Shown here: piece after piece, positions 1-9,655 of the stretch
Layout: each line of letters starts with the position of its first letter
Numbering within the stretch: the stretch's first letter is position 1
IMG/VR virus record: IMGVR_UViG_3300045988_120811
Span: 1-64,000 of that record
Length of the DNA stretch: 64,000 nt
Reading direction: 5' to 3' (one strand)
Source of the DNA: a virus
Translations under genes and position numbers: made by a program
The notes under the pieces: model-generated
Told to the model about the DNA's origin: nothing
The model's input: the letters and a program-made list of their open reading frames with translations, nothing else
Databases searched by the model: none

Positions 1-56
1 CTCAGAATCGCAAGACTGGTGCCTAAAAAAGCAAGTTGTTTACTGTAAAATAAGAC

Positions 57-248
57 ATGATGGGGAAATTTAATACGAAAGACGCCAATTTCTTGTGGTG
101 TCAAATTGGTAGGATTGATGGGGTGATAGAAACTCTGAACCGCACCGGAGGAGAGATGCCGGAGATTATAGCCGGAGTGCTAAAAAGAATAAGAGATGAT
201 ATAGATAAGTTTGTAGACAATAAAACGAAAGATTATGAGAATATATAG
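57..248 (+). CDS. hypothetical protein (63 aa)
   Basis: ORF in co-directional tightly packed gene array; no recognisable motifs. Confidence 0.4.
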   Translation: MMGKFNTKDANFLWCQIGRIDGVIETLNRTGGEMPEIIAGVLKRIRDDIDKFVDNKTKDYENI

Positions 249-468
249 GAATGATATTATAAAGGCGTCAGCGATAAGCACAGGCAACGACAGAGGTTTG
301 TTGTTGTGTTCAATAACAGATTCAGGCTTTACGTCTATAGCGAGCGTGATATCGGCCGTTAAAGACAAGTTACCAAACAAAGATCACAAGAAGATGGTTT
401 TTGAAATTTTGAATGATACGAAAAAAGAGTACGGAAGATATAATAATTGCGGAACAAAAGTATTGTAA
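235..468 (+). CDS. hypothetical protein (77 aa)
   Basis: ORF in plus-strand array; overlaps upstream ORF end. Confidence 0.4.
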   Translation: MRIYRNDIIKASAISTGNDRGLLLCSITDSGFTSIASVISAVKDKLPNKDHKKMVFEILNDTKKEYGRYNNCGTKVL

Positions 469-588
469 TAAAGAGCAGAAAACAATATGTTTATGTAATG
501 TTAGTTTTTTCATTTTTATTGAAAGGAGCGCCGGCCTGTGAAGGTATGTGCTCCTTTGTATTTGTATAATACATAAAACAATAATAAT

Positions 589-843
589 ATGACAGATAAT
601 AACATAGATGTGAATATCGTACCTGTAAGGAATGGTGCGAAACGTGTTGTGGTATCATATTACCATTATTCACGCAAGGACAAAAATCACATGAGTTCCC
701 AAACGGATTACGTGTGGGAAACAAAGAATGAAGAAATGTTTAAATACTTTGAGGCCAGGAGGACAAAAGTATTTTATAGTCAGATTCGTGCCATGTGTAG
801 ATTCTATGGTAAGAAAAATGTACGTAAATACAAAAAGCTATGA
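589..843 (+). CDS. hypothetical protein (84 aa)
   Basis: ORF; ATGA overlap with downstream gene at 840 suggests translational coupling. Confidence 0.5.
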   Translation: MTDNNIDVNIVPVRNGAKRVVVSYYHYSRKDKNHMSSQTDYVWETKNEEMFKYFEARRTKVFYSQIRAMCRFYGKKNVRKYKKL

Positions 844-1649
844 TATTAAAAACGACAACCAACGAATTTTGTTTCATTAACGTAAGTTTCTATGAAACAG
901 TAGCAGACCCGCGTCATTTCTTTTCACAGGAATATGATGAGATGCCGGAATATGAAGAAGAATCAGATTTTGATTTTGATTCTTATTGTAATGCATTCAT
1001 ACCTTATGTACAAGAATGGGCAGACGAGGTTAAAGAACGTCTTTATGAATATGGCGTAAAAGATATAAAGGTAACATCAGTCGGACGGCCAAGAGAGTAT
1101 AACTATGGTACTGATTGGATGGAGGTAGAGGTGGAGTTCTGTGATGGGTGGCGACATATGATGTTATCCAACATTGGTAAGATAATCGATGATGATAGAT
1201 GTAGAAAATATGCTGAGGTAAATTATAAATCAATTCAGGGCTACATATTTTTCGGGCCCGAAAATCTAAAGGAGTTTGAGAAAGAAATAATAGAAAAGAA
1301 TCCAAATTCAGGATATGATCCGGCAGTGCTATTAAATATGTATCTAACTTTGGCTTTTGTGAAAGAATTTGGATTCGTAGCTGAAGATGCGTGGTACGAT
1401 GTAGTAACGGAAGCCTTCCATTATCTACAATATCATAATTTCGCAACAACAGAAATGTTTATACCGGAAGGTTCGGAGTATTTATTCAATGATGTGCATA
1501 CAGCAGAAGCCGACGAATTATATCATCATGTTTTGGATAAATACGGATGGGCGTGGCGTGATCCGAAATATAAGTCAAAAACAGAATTATGCGCAATGTT
1601 AAAGTGGGCAAAAGAAAAAGGCTTGACCATTGAAGAGTTAAGTATTTAA
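840..1649 (+). CDS. hypothetical protein (269 aa)
   Basis: long uninterrupted ORF in phage-like array; acidic N-terminal region. Confidence 0.65.
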   Translation: MILKTTTNEFCFINVSFYETVADPRHFFSQEYDEMPEYEEESDFDFDSYCNAFIPYVQEWADEVKERLYEYGVKDIKVTSVGRPREYNYGTDWMEVEVEFCDGWRHMMLSNIGKIIDDDRCRKYAEVNYKSIQGYIFFGPENLKEFEKEIIEKNPNSGYDPAVLLNMYLTLAFVKEFGFVAEDAWYDVVTEAFHYLQYHNFATTEMFIPEGSEYLFNDVHTAEADELYHHVLDKYGWAWRDPKYKSKTELCAMLKWAKEKGLTIEELSI

Positions 1650-1961
1650 TTGTTAAACATAAGGCAGTATTGGTGCATGAGTATAGGTGCTGCCGTTAAA
1701 TTATTTTATAATATGAAAAAAGAAGAGATTCAAACTATTTTATACACAATCAAAGAAGGAGACAGTATTAAGATCAAAGTACAAGACAAAAGTGAAGAAA
1801 TAAGACTGCGGGATCATGTAAGAAGAACGCAGAAATACGGATACAGGTTTTGTTTGTCTCATTTACATGATGGAATTTTCTATCTGGAGAAGTTGGAAGA
1901 GGGAGATAAAGATAAATACTATAGAGTAATAAACAGAGGAAATGGAAAGACCGGAGTATAA
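1650..1961 (+). CDS. hypothetical protein (103 aa)
   Basis: ORF abutting previous stop. Confidence 0.5.
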   Translation: MLNIRQYWCMSIGAAVKLFYNMKKEEIQTILYTIKEGDSIKIKVQDKSEEIRLRDHVRRTQKYGYRFCLSHLHDGIFYLEKLEEGDKDKYYRVINRGNGKTGV

Positions 1962-2235
1962 TAAGCTACGTAAAATGGCTAAGACTACTCCAGGTCTGAT
2001 AGTGGACGAGGCGCAAAACATGATGCGTGTATCGCTATACGATAATGGGGAACTTAAGAAGGTGGTAGTAGTAATGAAATGTGATTCTTTTTTACAGTCA
2101 AAAAGTAACATAGAAAAGATAATGTTATTATCATCTTCTATAGAAGATAGAAAAAACAAAGAAAAAAATAAAACAAAATCAGAAAATGAACAGAATAACA
2201 AAAATAAGAGAAGAAATAGGAGGAAAACAGGTTGA
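1942..2235 (+). CDS. hypothetical protein with K/N/E-rich low-complexity tail (97 aa)
   Basis: ORF; C-terminal lysine-rich tail. Confidence 0.4.
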   Translation: MERPEYNKLRKMAKTTPGLIVDEAQNMMRVSLYDNGELKKVVVVMKCDSFLQSKSNIEKIMLLSSSIEDRKNKEKNKTKSENEQNNKNKRRNRRKTG

Positions 2236-2569
2236 TTTGACCTTTTACGGGCGCTTTTGCAGCCTTATCGAAGGTGATAGGAAGATAATACTAAGGGCAA
2301 TAAAAAACGGTCGTAAAAAAGGCGTAATCGGGGCCATTCAGCCTGGGAGACATGACAGAATTTGGACCACATGGTCTATTGCTTTTGATGATCTGAGGGT
2401 AGGGGATACGGTAGAGTTCAGTACATCTGGAAAATACAATCCCGGATTTCATGCTACGGAAAAGTATGTAGGGTGTGTAGAATGGATAAAAGGGTCGGAA
2501 TGTGCGATAAAAACCGGTAAGGGAATAGCAGTAGTATTAATTAAACACATAGAAAGGGTGGTAAAATGA
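2186..2569 (+). CDS. hypothetical protein (127 aa)
   Basis: ORF; ATGA overlap with next gene. Confidence 0.5.
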   Translation: MNRITKIREEIGGKQVDLTFYGRFCSLIEGDRKIILRAIKNGRKKGVIGAIQPGRHDRIWTTWSIAFDDLRVGDTVEFSTSGKYNPGFHATEKYVGCVEWIKGSECAIKTGKGIAVVLIKHIERVVK

Positions 2570-2850
2570 TGGGGTTGAGAGAATTTGTAGAACTTTTTGA
2601 CAAGAATGAAGTAAAGAATTTGTTTAATGCATTGTCTTCATGTATAGAATACGTAAGGATAGATTTGCATGTATTTAATATAGGTGCCTATGTTACGTGC
2701 CTGTACAGTAATGATCTTGAATCGCTTTCACAGACAGAAGGTTGTAATGTGAATATGATAATAGAGGTACCACACTTATTCGAAGCATTCATGGAATACG
2801 CTTCACCGGAAATAAAGTTGTATTACGAAAAACTAACAGAGATAGTATAA
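2566..2850 (+). CDS. hypothetical protein (94 aa)
   Basis: ORF; translationally coupled to neighbours. Confidence 0.5.
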   Translation: MMGLREFVELFDKNEVKNLFNALSSCIEYVRIDLHVFNIGAYVTCLYSNDLESLSQTEGCNVNMIIEVPHLFEAFMEYASPEIKLYYEKLTEIV

Positions 2851-2851
2851 T

Positions 2852-3325
2852 ATGAAAGAAGAAGTAGAACGGATAAAGAAGTTGGTAGGCGTAGATCATA
2901 ACAGATGGGAGCAACCTTGTACATGTGATAAATGCAAGAACATGTGTGAGGTTCCTTGTATTGGTACGCCAAAAGACATAGAAGCTATCATAGATGCCGG
3001 ATACGCTGACAGGCTAAAAGAAACAATGTGGATGGTAGGGTATCTTGCAGTGAAAGAAAAACCAATAGCGATGATCCAGCCGACAGTGAAAGATGGGTGG
3101 TGCGCATTCCGCCGGCCGGACGGTCTCTGCGAGCTGCATGACCGTGGACTAAAGCCGACCGAAGGGGTTCTGGCTTCTTGTAAGGTGGTTGAAGAAGACA
3201 ATGTTCCAACATACGAAACATCCGTATTTAGAGCAGTAGCTCATGAGTGGGTTAAAGTGGAGAACTTTGGAGATGTAATGAGGGTCGTTTTTAAATTTTT
3301 GCATGAAAATGAACGTAGAAAATGA
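2852..3325 (+). CDS. Cys-rich hypothetical protein (157 aa), possible metal-binding
   Basis: CTCDKCKNMCEVPC cluster plus further Cys; contains GC-rich island at about 3095-3175. Confidence 0.55.
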   Translation: MKEEVERIKKLVGVDHNRWEQPCTCDKCKNMCEVPCIGTPKDIEAIIDAGYADRLKETMWMVGYLAVKEKPIAMIQPTVKDGWCAFRRPDGLCELHDRGLKPTEGVLASCKVVEEDNVPTYETSVFRAVAHEWVKVENFGDVMRVVFKFLHENERRK

Positions 3326-3713
3326 ATTAGATAAAGTAGTTAAGATCCTAAAAGAAAAAGGATTTGTGGTATATAGAAAGGGAGGAAAGGAACCGGGTGT
3401 ATTTTACGCCAAAGAAGGTGATAAACGAATAGGATTCGTTTATCCCAACAACGGATATATATACGACAGGATAAAAATGTGGTCTTTTTCAAGGGTGTAT
3501 AAACCACATAAGAAAACCGGGTCTTCGTGCTTAATGTGTGTCAGCGACGAATTTACTATAGAGAGTGCGATTAAGAGCATAGAGGATAGACTGTGGGTAA
3601 ATTATATAAAAGACGATAACAGAGAACGACCAGAAGAATATAAAAATATAAGAGAATTTGTTGGTAGCTTCACTAAATTCTACAGCTCTGTAGAATTAGT
3701 TGAGGTTAAGTAG
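3303..3713 (+). CDS. hypothetical protein (136 aa)
   Basis: ORF in array. Confidence 0.5.
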   Translation: MKMNVENELDKVVKILKEKGFVVYRKGGKEPGVFYAKEGDKRIGFVYPNNGYIYDRIKMWSFSRVYKPHKKTGSSCLMCVSDEFTIESAIKSIEDRLWVNYIKDDNRERPEEYKNIREFVGSFTKFYSSVELVEVK

Positions 3714-3727
3714 TTTTCCATGTAAGT

Positions 3728-3773
3728 TAGTTGCCGGCACTGGTCTGTGAAGATAGGTGTCGTTTTTTTTTAA
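3728..3773 (+). terminator. putative intrinsic terminator (weak stem plus T9 run)
   Basis: GC-rich segment gccggcactggtctgtgaagataggtgtcg followed by nine consecutive T; then AAGGAGG 8 nt before ATG at 3789. Confidence 0.35.
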
Positions 3774-3788
3774 GAAAGGAGGATAAAG

Positions 3789-4040
3789 ATGGAGAAAAGA
3801 GACAAGGAAATGCCTTACGAGGTAGTCATACAGGAAAGAAAAAGAGTGGATTTATACGGTAATGTAGTATATTATATCTATTGGTTTGATAAATATGGGA
3901 ACGATATTACAAACGAATGGAAATTCTGGAGCAAGGGTCCGAAAAAGGAATACGATAGAGTTAATCGTTATCTAACGGATAGTTGGTTGAAGGAATACTG
4001 TGGGAATAACAATTTAAAGATAAGTAGAATAAAGGAATGA
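3789..4040 (+). CDS. hypothetical protein (83 aa)
   Basis: ORF preceded by AAGGAGG Shine-Dalgarno-like sequence. Confidence 0.55.
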   Translation: MEKRDKEMPYEVVIQERKRVDLYGNVVYYIYWFDKYGNDITNEWKFWSKGPKKEYDRVNRYLTDSWLKEYCGNNNLKISRIKE

Positions 4041-4552
4041 AAACGATAAAAGTAGATAAAGTGATATTATATTACATGGATCGGGTAGACCCTGACGGGA
4101 ACTTATACCGGTTCTATATATATAAAGGAATGGCATCTGAAATAGAATACTTTTGCACGAAAGAGGCAGGTAATATGACCATACCAATCGGAGAAGGAAA
4201 GTATGTCAAGATCGTACCAAAAGAAATAGAGAGAATACCGGTAAGGGGATATAGGAAGCTTACTGGAATATGGAATCGTGAAACATGTAACGGGAAGGGA
4301 TGGTATAGGCTTTTTAATTATTTCAAATACAAGCCGACCCTATGTTATTTTAAAAAAGCTGGACATGATGAAAATGGGAACACAAGATACGAAATATCAT
4401 TATTTAATAGCATTATAAATGTGACAAGATATTTTAATCTGTGGAGAATGAAGCCAGGAAAGCATGCTATGATAACAAACGAGTGTGGCGCCTTGGATAT
4501 TATAAAAGAAAAATTTGACAACATAAATATAGTGGAATATGGATCTGAATGA
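4037..4552 (+). CDS. hypothetical protein (171 aa)
   Basis: ORF; ATGA coupling. Confidence 0.55.
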   Translation: MKTIKVDKVILYYMDRVDPDGNLYRFYIYKGMASEIEYFCTKEAGNMTIPIGEGKYVKIVPKEIERIPVRGYRKLTGIWNRETCNGKGWYRLFNYFKYKPTLCYFKKAGHDENGNTRYEISLFNSIINVTRYFNLWRMKPGKHAMITNECGALDIIKEKFDNINIVEYGSE

Positions 4553-4898
4553 ATTGTACAAAGAAATAGAAAAAGCAGAGATTGATCTGAATGCAAAAAG
4601 ATTAAAGTACATCAAAGAGGCATTAGTGGAGAACGGTGGAAGTATAAAGCTAAAATTTAAAAAATGGGGAGAAGATAATAATGCGTTTGACTTTGATGAT
4701 CAGTTTCCGGTGATAATAGAAATTGCTGGGATTCCTATGTTTTTAACGGAGGTGTATGTCAAAAAAAACGGTTTTCGTATGGTTCTGCTGGATTATGATG
4801 ATATGACTTTAGGTGATTTTGATAATACAGGGGAAAATGAACAGGTTGCTTATTTTATTAACTATTGTTTAAATCAAGACAAAGATGGGAAAGAGTAG
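4539..4898 (+). CDS. hypothetical acidic protein (119 aa)
   Basis: ORF. Confidence 0.5.
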   Translation: MDLNELYKEIEKAEIDLNAKRLKYIKEALVENGGSIKLKFKKWGEDNNAFDFDDQFPVIIEIAGIPMFLTEVYVKKNGFRMVLLDYDDMTLGDFDNTGENEQVAYFINYCLNQDKDGKE

Positions 4899-5073
4899 AA
4901 AGGATTATGAAAAGTATCTTAACTCCATATCTCCAGATAGAGACGATGAGGCATGGATCATTGGAGGAAAGAACAGGTATTGCGGTAGAGAGAATTATGG
5001 CACTATGATCAAAAGGTATGATCCTATTGGTTTTAATGTAGGATACAGGGAGTGGGTAGAACAGCCAGAGTAA
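4885..5073 (+). CDS. hypothetical protein (62 aa)
   Basis: short ORF; followed by GC-rich hairpin region. Confidence 0.4.
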   Translation: MGKSRKDYEKYLNSISPDRDDEAWIIGGKNRYCGRENYGTMIKRYDPIGFNVGYREWVEQPE

Positions 5074-5166
5074 GGCGGCGCCTGCCCTGCCATGAGGTCG
5101 GCCTGGCTGTCTGTGGCCAGGACCGTACATTAGTCAGATAGTGAACGACGAAAACAATACAAATGT

Positions 5167-5646
5167 TTGTTAATTATGAGAGTAGAAGATTTAACGAAGT
5201 TTGAAGGAGAATGTCCTAACATAGTCGTATTTGGTACATATATGGATATTAGGGTTCCATTAACGAAGAAATGGAAGAAAATTATTAACGAGAGAGGAGA
5301 TAAGCCAAACACGTATCATAACTGTTTGATTAGTTATATCTCAGAGCAGATCGCGTTGTCCGGATTCAACATGAAAAGCATCGGGAACCTGTTAATAAAG
5401 GGAATCGTTTTCAATCAAAACGATTACTATAAGTATAACGACGTAGGAGGATTCCCGGCAACTATCAACGATTTGGGATATTGGGATAAAAACAGGGTAG
5501 AGCCAAATGAAGATTTTCACACTGTTAGGCTGTTTAATACAGTAAGTGTATATGGATTGATGTTTGGGCCCATAAAACAAAATAATTTCATTACGCTGGA
5601 AAACGATATAATGCAGATTAATATTGGCAGCATAACTTACATCTAA
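5167..5646 (+). CDS. hypothetical protein (159 aa)
   Basis: ORF. Confidence 0.55.
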   Translation: MLIMRVEDLTKFEGECPNIVVFGTYMDIRVPLTKKWKKIINERGDKPNTYHNCLISYISEQIALSGFNMKSIGNLLIKGIVFNQNDYYKYNDVGGFPATINDLGYWDKNRVEPNEDFHTVRLFNTVSVYGLMFGPIKQNNFITLENDIMQINIGSITYI

Positions 5647-5657
5647 AGAGATAAATC

Positions 5658-6413
5658 ATGAAGCTATTATACTTAGTAGAGTCAGGAAAATCGAAGTTTC
5701 TTGTCTTCGACGAAATGCCTGATAAAATTAGCACAAAGTACGGAGATGATACCATTATTGGAAGGATAGGAGGTATATTCTATGATTTCCTTGCAAAGAG
5801 AAATGAGAGAAGAGAAGCTTTCGGAGGTAGAAAGTTCGATATCGTACTTGACAACGGAGAGATAGAGAAGTGTGAAGGGCAATGGTGGGATGCGGTGACA
5901 GACAGAGCAAGAGAAGAATTGGAAAAAGAGGGAAATCCACTTTCCAAAATGGTGTTGATCGGTGTTTCTTCAGTAGATAGATTATCGGATTGCTATGTGT
6001 ATTATGGGTTATGGGCATCCGAAAGTAAGATTGAAGAAATGATAGCTGACTACAAAGGTCGTATATATGAGTATTACGAATTTAAGGAAGAGGTTATTAA
6101 TAAGATAAATGAGACCCGTAGAAAATCATATATTCAATCTTGGAAAGAACAGATAATACGATCTGGGATGAGGCAGAAAGGGAAAGACGTGTTTGAATCA
6201 CCAGATGGACTGTATCTCAAGATAGTATATGAGAACAAAGCGTTTGTGTCATATAGACCTATAAAAGAAACCCAGGATTTACCTATAGATGCAAAGTACA
6301 TACCGCTTCTTACAAGGATATTTGGAGAGAACATACTTGCGGAGATAGGAGGAGATAAGATATTTATAACTACTGGAAAATATGCTGTGAATTTTTGGTG
6401 CTGGAAAAAGTAA
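5658..6413 (+). CDS. hypothetical protein (251 aa)
   Basis: ORF. Confidence 0.6.
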   Translation: MKLLYLVESGKSKFLVFDEMPDKISTKYGDDTIIGRIGGIFYDFLAKRNERREAFGGRKFDIVLDNGEIEKCEGQWWDAVTDRAREELEKEGNPLSKMVLIGVSSVDRLSDCYVYYGLWASESKIEEMIADYKGRIYEYYEFKEEVINKINETRRKSYIQSWKEQIIRSGMRQKGKDVFESPDGLYLKIVYENKAFVSYRPIKETQDLPIDAKYIPLLTRIFGENILAEIGGDKIFITTGKYAVNFWCWKK

Positions 6414-6447
6414 GCATAATGTAAAAAGAAGATTAAAATAATAGCTT

Positions 6448-6762
6448 ATGACATTTCAAGAATTTATGCAGGAGAGCGGCTATGACCTGATAACTACCTT
6501 TTGGGAAGATTTCAGCATAGCTGACAAGTATGGTATAGCAGGTGTCAAAGATACCTACAAACGTGCATTCAGTGAATGGAAAGATGATTATAAGTTTTTC
6601 ACGGAATTAACGCTCGTATTGAATCATAAAATCTGGCAACATTATGAAAGCAATCATGAACTGGCTGCATTGTATGACCGGTTGTGGCGAGAAGCTGACG
6701 AGTACGCTATGAACAACTTTAAGGGAGAAGAGCTTGATTATTATTACAGAGTAACAGATTAG
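6448..6762 (+). CDS. hypothetical protein (104 aa)
   Basis: ORF. Confidence 0.5.
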   Translation: MTFQEFMQESGYDLITTFWEDFSIADKYGIAGVKDTYKRAFSEWKDDYKFFTELTLVLNHKIWQHYESNHELAALYDRLWREADEYAMNNFKGEELDYYYRVTD

Positions 6763-6765
6763 AAA

Positions 6766-7224
6766 GTGATTATGAAAAATACGATAGTAACAGGTAGCCT
6801 AATTGTATTCAGTGACGGATTTGTTTGGAAAAGATTGTCCAACGAAAAAGCCTACAAGATATGGGTGTCGGCAGAAAATGAAGATTTTGAGTTATACAAG
6901 GTGAGGGTAGATGATGAGTCTGAGTCATTAATAGAGAATCTTGAAGACTTGCAGGATGCCTTTAAACAAGGTCATTATGTATGCATAGAAGTAGGTAAGC
7001 TACCATATAGCATAGGTTTGAATTACTTACGAAATCTACAAGAGTTATCGGTGGAAGCTGTGGATTATCTATCAGGACTAAAAGAATGTAGCAGAGAAGA
7101 GTCATTTAACATCATTCAAGAGTGGGCTAAAGAGTTTACGGAAAAATATGAAAATTATGATTTTAATGGTTCATACTATGATGTAATAGATGCATTTGTT
7201 GATGAGAAGTTAAAAACTATTTAA
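6766..7224 (+). CDS. hypothetical protein (152 aa)
   Basis: ORF. Confidence 0.55.
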   Translation: MIMKNTIVTGSLIVFSDGFVWKRLSNEKAYKIWVSAENEDFELYKVRVDDESESLIENLEDLQDAFKQGHYVCIEVGKLPYSIGLNYLRNLQELSVEAVDYLSGLKECSREESFNIIQEWAKEFTEKYENYDFNGSYYDVIDAFVDEKLKTI

Positions 7225-7236
7225 AATATAAAAAAC

Positions 7237-8037
7237 ATGGAAGACAGACTTATTACAACAAAAGAAGTAGGGAATTATCGTATAAAAATATACTATGATA
7301 CTGACAGTATATATCCTTGTGAAAGTTGGGATATGGCAGCATGCTTCTTATGGGAATGTATCGATTTACCTCGACTGCAAGATGTGTGCGATTGGAGAGA
7401 AGTGTTTGGTAAATACGGAGATAGTCGACACTCACTTATAGATGCACTACATAAACTTATTAGTGAATATGTTAAATGGAAAGACTTGCTGAATTATTTT
7501 AAGAAAGGCAAGATTGACGGTTATCGACTGAGATATGATAACCATGATAAAATGTGGTATTATAAAGAAATTTTTAGCATTTCTCCATCAGATCTTTACA
7601 CGTATGATTATACGTATGAATTTATAGAAGACTTAGGAAGTGAAGAATTGATTCAGATTCTTTCAGACTTAGGCAAGGATATATTTGTCAAAGAATGGTC
7701 CACAACAGGATACAGTCAAGGGGATTATGTTAAAGGTATAGCTTTCTGTACAAAGGAGAGGTACACAAAAATGGTTAGTAATAATACTTCCGATTGGAAA
7801 ACCCAAATTGACAAATTGATTGATGATGAAGTTAAATCCATAGGTATGTGGATGTGGGGAGATGTAAAGGGGTATGTGCTTGAAAAGAAAGTGAAATTTG
7901 TCAAGAAATACAAAGATGAATCCAGGGAGGATGAAGAGGGAGAAGAATGGGAAGAGGTTGATTCCTGTTGGGGTTATTATATGGAAACAGACGAATTGAT
8001 AGAAGAAATAATGAAAGAACATAATCTGAAAGAATAA
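7237..8037 (+). CDS. hypothetical acidic protein (266 aa)
   Basis: ORF; E/D-rich C-terminus. Confidence 0.6.
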   Translation: MEDRLITTKEVGNYRIKIYYDTDSIYPCESWDMAACFLWECIDLPRLQDVCDWREVFGKYGDSRHSLIDALHKLISEYVKWKDLLNYFKKGKIDGYRLRYDNHDKMWYYKEIFSISPSDLYTYDYTYEFIEDLGSEELIQILSDLGKDIFVKEWSTTGYSQGDYVKGIAFCTKERYTKMVSNNTSDWKTQIDKLIDDEVKSIGMWMWGDVKGYVLEKKVKFVKKYKDESREDEEGEEWEEVDSCWGYYMETDELIEEIMKEHNLKE

Positions 8038-8052
8038 GGAGATGGGGAGATC

Positions 8053-8214
8053 ATGAGGGTGTATTATCAGAAAGAACACCAAAGAATTACAAATAATACT
8101 GATTCAGGTCAATGGCTGATAGTGACGGACGCCACAGGAGACAGGTGGGAAAGTGCGAAGAGCTCCGGTTCAGGGGAGACGGGGCCTGCTTTGCGTGGCG
8201 TAAGGCTACAGTAG
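8053..8214 (+). CDS. possible small protein (53 aa), below ORF-track threshold
   Basis: ATG...TAG frame read by eye in the 8038-8248 gap; C-terminal half GC-rich. Confidence 0.25.
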   Translation: MRVYYQKEHQRITNNTDSGQWLIVTDATGDRWESAKSSGSGETGPALRGVRLQ

Positions 8215-8248
8215 ATGAAATTGTTGAACATTTTAAAAACAGATAATT

Positions 8249-8662
8249 ATGGGATATATATGTACAAGATGTGGTGGAACAAATGTTGCTTGTGAAGCCA
8301 TAGTAAATCCGAATACCGGAAAAATAATAGATTATTTTGATGGATATTTTATGCATGCTATTTGCTCGAATTGTGAAAACGAGGTGATAATATCCAACAT
8401 TGAAGAAGTCAAACATGAAATTGATTTAAGGTTTCATGAATTTGTAGAAAGAACAGGGAAGGAGCCTGAATACGTAGAATGTCAGATTGTACGGAAAGAG
8501 ACAGGAGATGAACAAAGAAAGACAATGAAACTATCATTGAACATCAACGATGATGACAATGATGATGTTTTTTGTTACTGCAATGGGATAGAATCGTTTA
8601 AGCAACTTGCTGAATACGGAATGGGAGAATTTATCGTAACATTTTGTTGGAGTTTCTTTTAA
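8249..8662 (+). CDS. zinc-ribbon protein (137 aa)
   Basis: CTRCGG...C...HAICSNC pattern near N-terminus. Confidence 0.55.
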   Translation: MGYICTRCGGTNVACEAIVNPNTGKIIDYFDGYFMHAICSNCENEVIISNIEEVKHEIDLRFHEFVERTGKEPEYVECQIVRKETGDEQRKTMKLSLNINDDDNDDVFCYCNGIESFKQLAEYGMGEFIVTFCWSFF

Positions 8663-8699
8663 GAAACATATTTAGTTATCATTTTTAATAACATATCTT

Positions 8700-9092
8700 A
8701 TGAAAACACAAGAAGAATATGCCCGTGAAATTGACAAAATCGTTCGTCGGGATGTGGAGAGTTGCCAGAGTGACTGGTTTAAAATCGACAAGGAGATATT
8801 TATGCAACCGAAAAACAAGAATAAGATATTTATTCTTGGAACCAGAAAGACCGGATGTGATTTAATAATACTGGGTGGCACTAATTGTGATGAAGGTAGT
8901 ATGGATTGGCTTTTTGGGAGTCTTGGCAATGAAAACTTCTATGTATGTCAACCGTTATCTTTCTACAAATCACAGCGGGAAATCCAGAAAGTAAATCCGC
9001 TGTATGCTTTTAAAGTGGCCACTGCTTATTTTAGAGAACAAGGGGTGATTCCGGTATTTGAAGATGCAAATTGCAGACTAATGAAGATATAA
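8700..9092 (+). CDS. hypothetical protein (130 aa)
   Basis: ORF. Confidence 0.5.
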   Translation: MKTQEEYAREIDKIVRRDVESCQSDWFKIDKEIFMQPKNKNKIFILGTRKTGCDLIILGGTNCDEGSMDWLFGSLGNENFYVCQPLSFYKSQREIQKVNPLYAFKVATAYFREQGVIPVFEDANCRLMKI

Positions 9093-9093
9093 A

Positions 9094-9399
9094 ATGAAAG
9101 AATTTGATAAATATATAACCATATCATTTAAATATGGTGGGTGTAAACATAATTACAAAATAGATAAAAAAGAGATTGAAATACATGAAGACAATAATGT
9201 CTGGTTCTCTTATTTTGATTTCGGAAAATATCATTTTGAGGTATGGGGCGGGTTAGATGAGGATAATAATCCCATCACTGGAGGAGAATCAAAAAATGGT
9301 TTCTGTTCGCCTTTTGCAGTTAATGTATATATCATAGAAAACGACGAAGGTGTACAGGTTGCTCAAATTGATGATGTGGATATAATAGAATGCGTATAA
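9094..9399 (+). CDS. hypothetical protein (101 aa)
   Basis: ORF. Confidence 0.5.
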   Translation: MKEFDKYITISFKYGGCKHNYKIDKKEIEIHEDNNVWFSYFDFGKYHFEVWGGLDEDNNPITGGESKNGFCSPFAVNVYIIENDEGVQVAQIDDVDIIECV

Positions 9400-9644
9400 A
9401 CGAAGGTGGTATGATAGAAATAATAAGATACAGGCTTCCGATTTATTGGGCTTGCGCTCTGATAAACGGTGATTATTCAGGACTGTCTGAAGAAGAAATA
9501 CAGGAAATAGATGCTTTTTTGAAAAAAGCAGAAGGTTATCCGGTAGATGTAGATTTGGAAACACAAGGGTTTTACCGTTGTAATGACGCAGGAACACTTC
9601 CCGGAGAGTGTGCAGATTTTATTTTTCATAAGTGTAATGATTAA
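9390..9644 (+). CDS. hypothetical protein (84 aa)
   Basis: ORF. Confidence 0.45.
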   Translation: MRINEGGMIEIIRYRLPIYWACALINGDYSGLSEEEIQEIDAFLKKAEGYPVDVDLETQGFYRCNDAGTLPGECADFIFHKCND

Positions 9645-9655
9645 ACTAAAATAAT

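Noticed and set aside
8087-8416. 109-aa minus-strand ORF overlapping the 8249 plus gene and a GC island
   Set aside because: Opposite to the local co-directional gene array and overlapping a better-supported zinc-ribbon gene; likely an artefact of the GC-rich patch.
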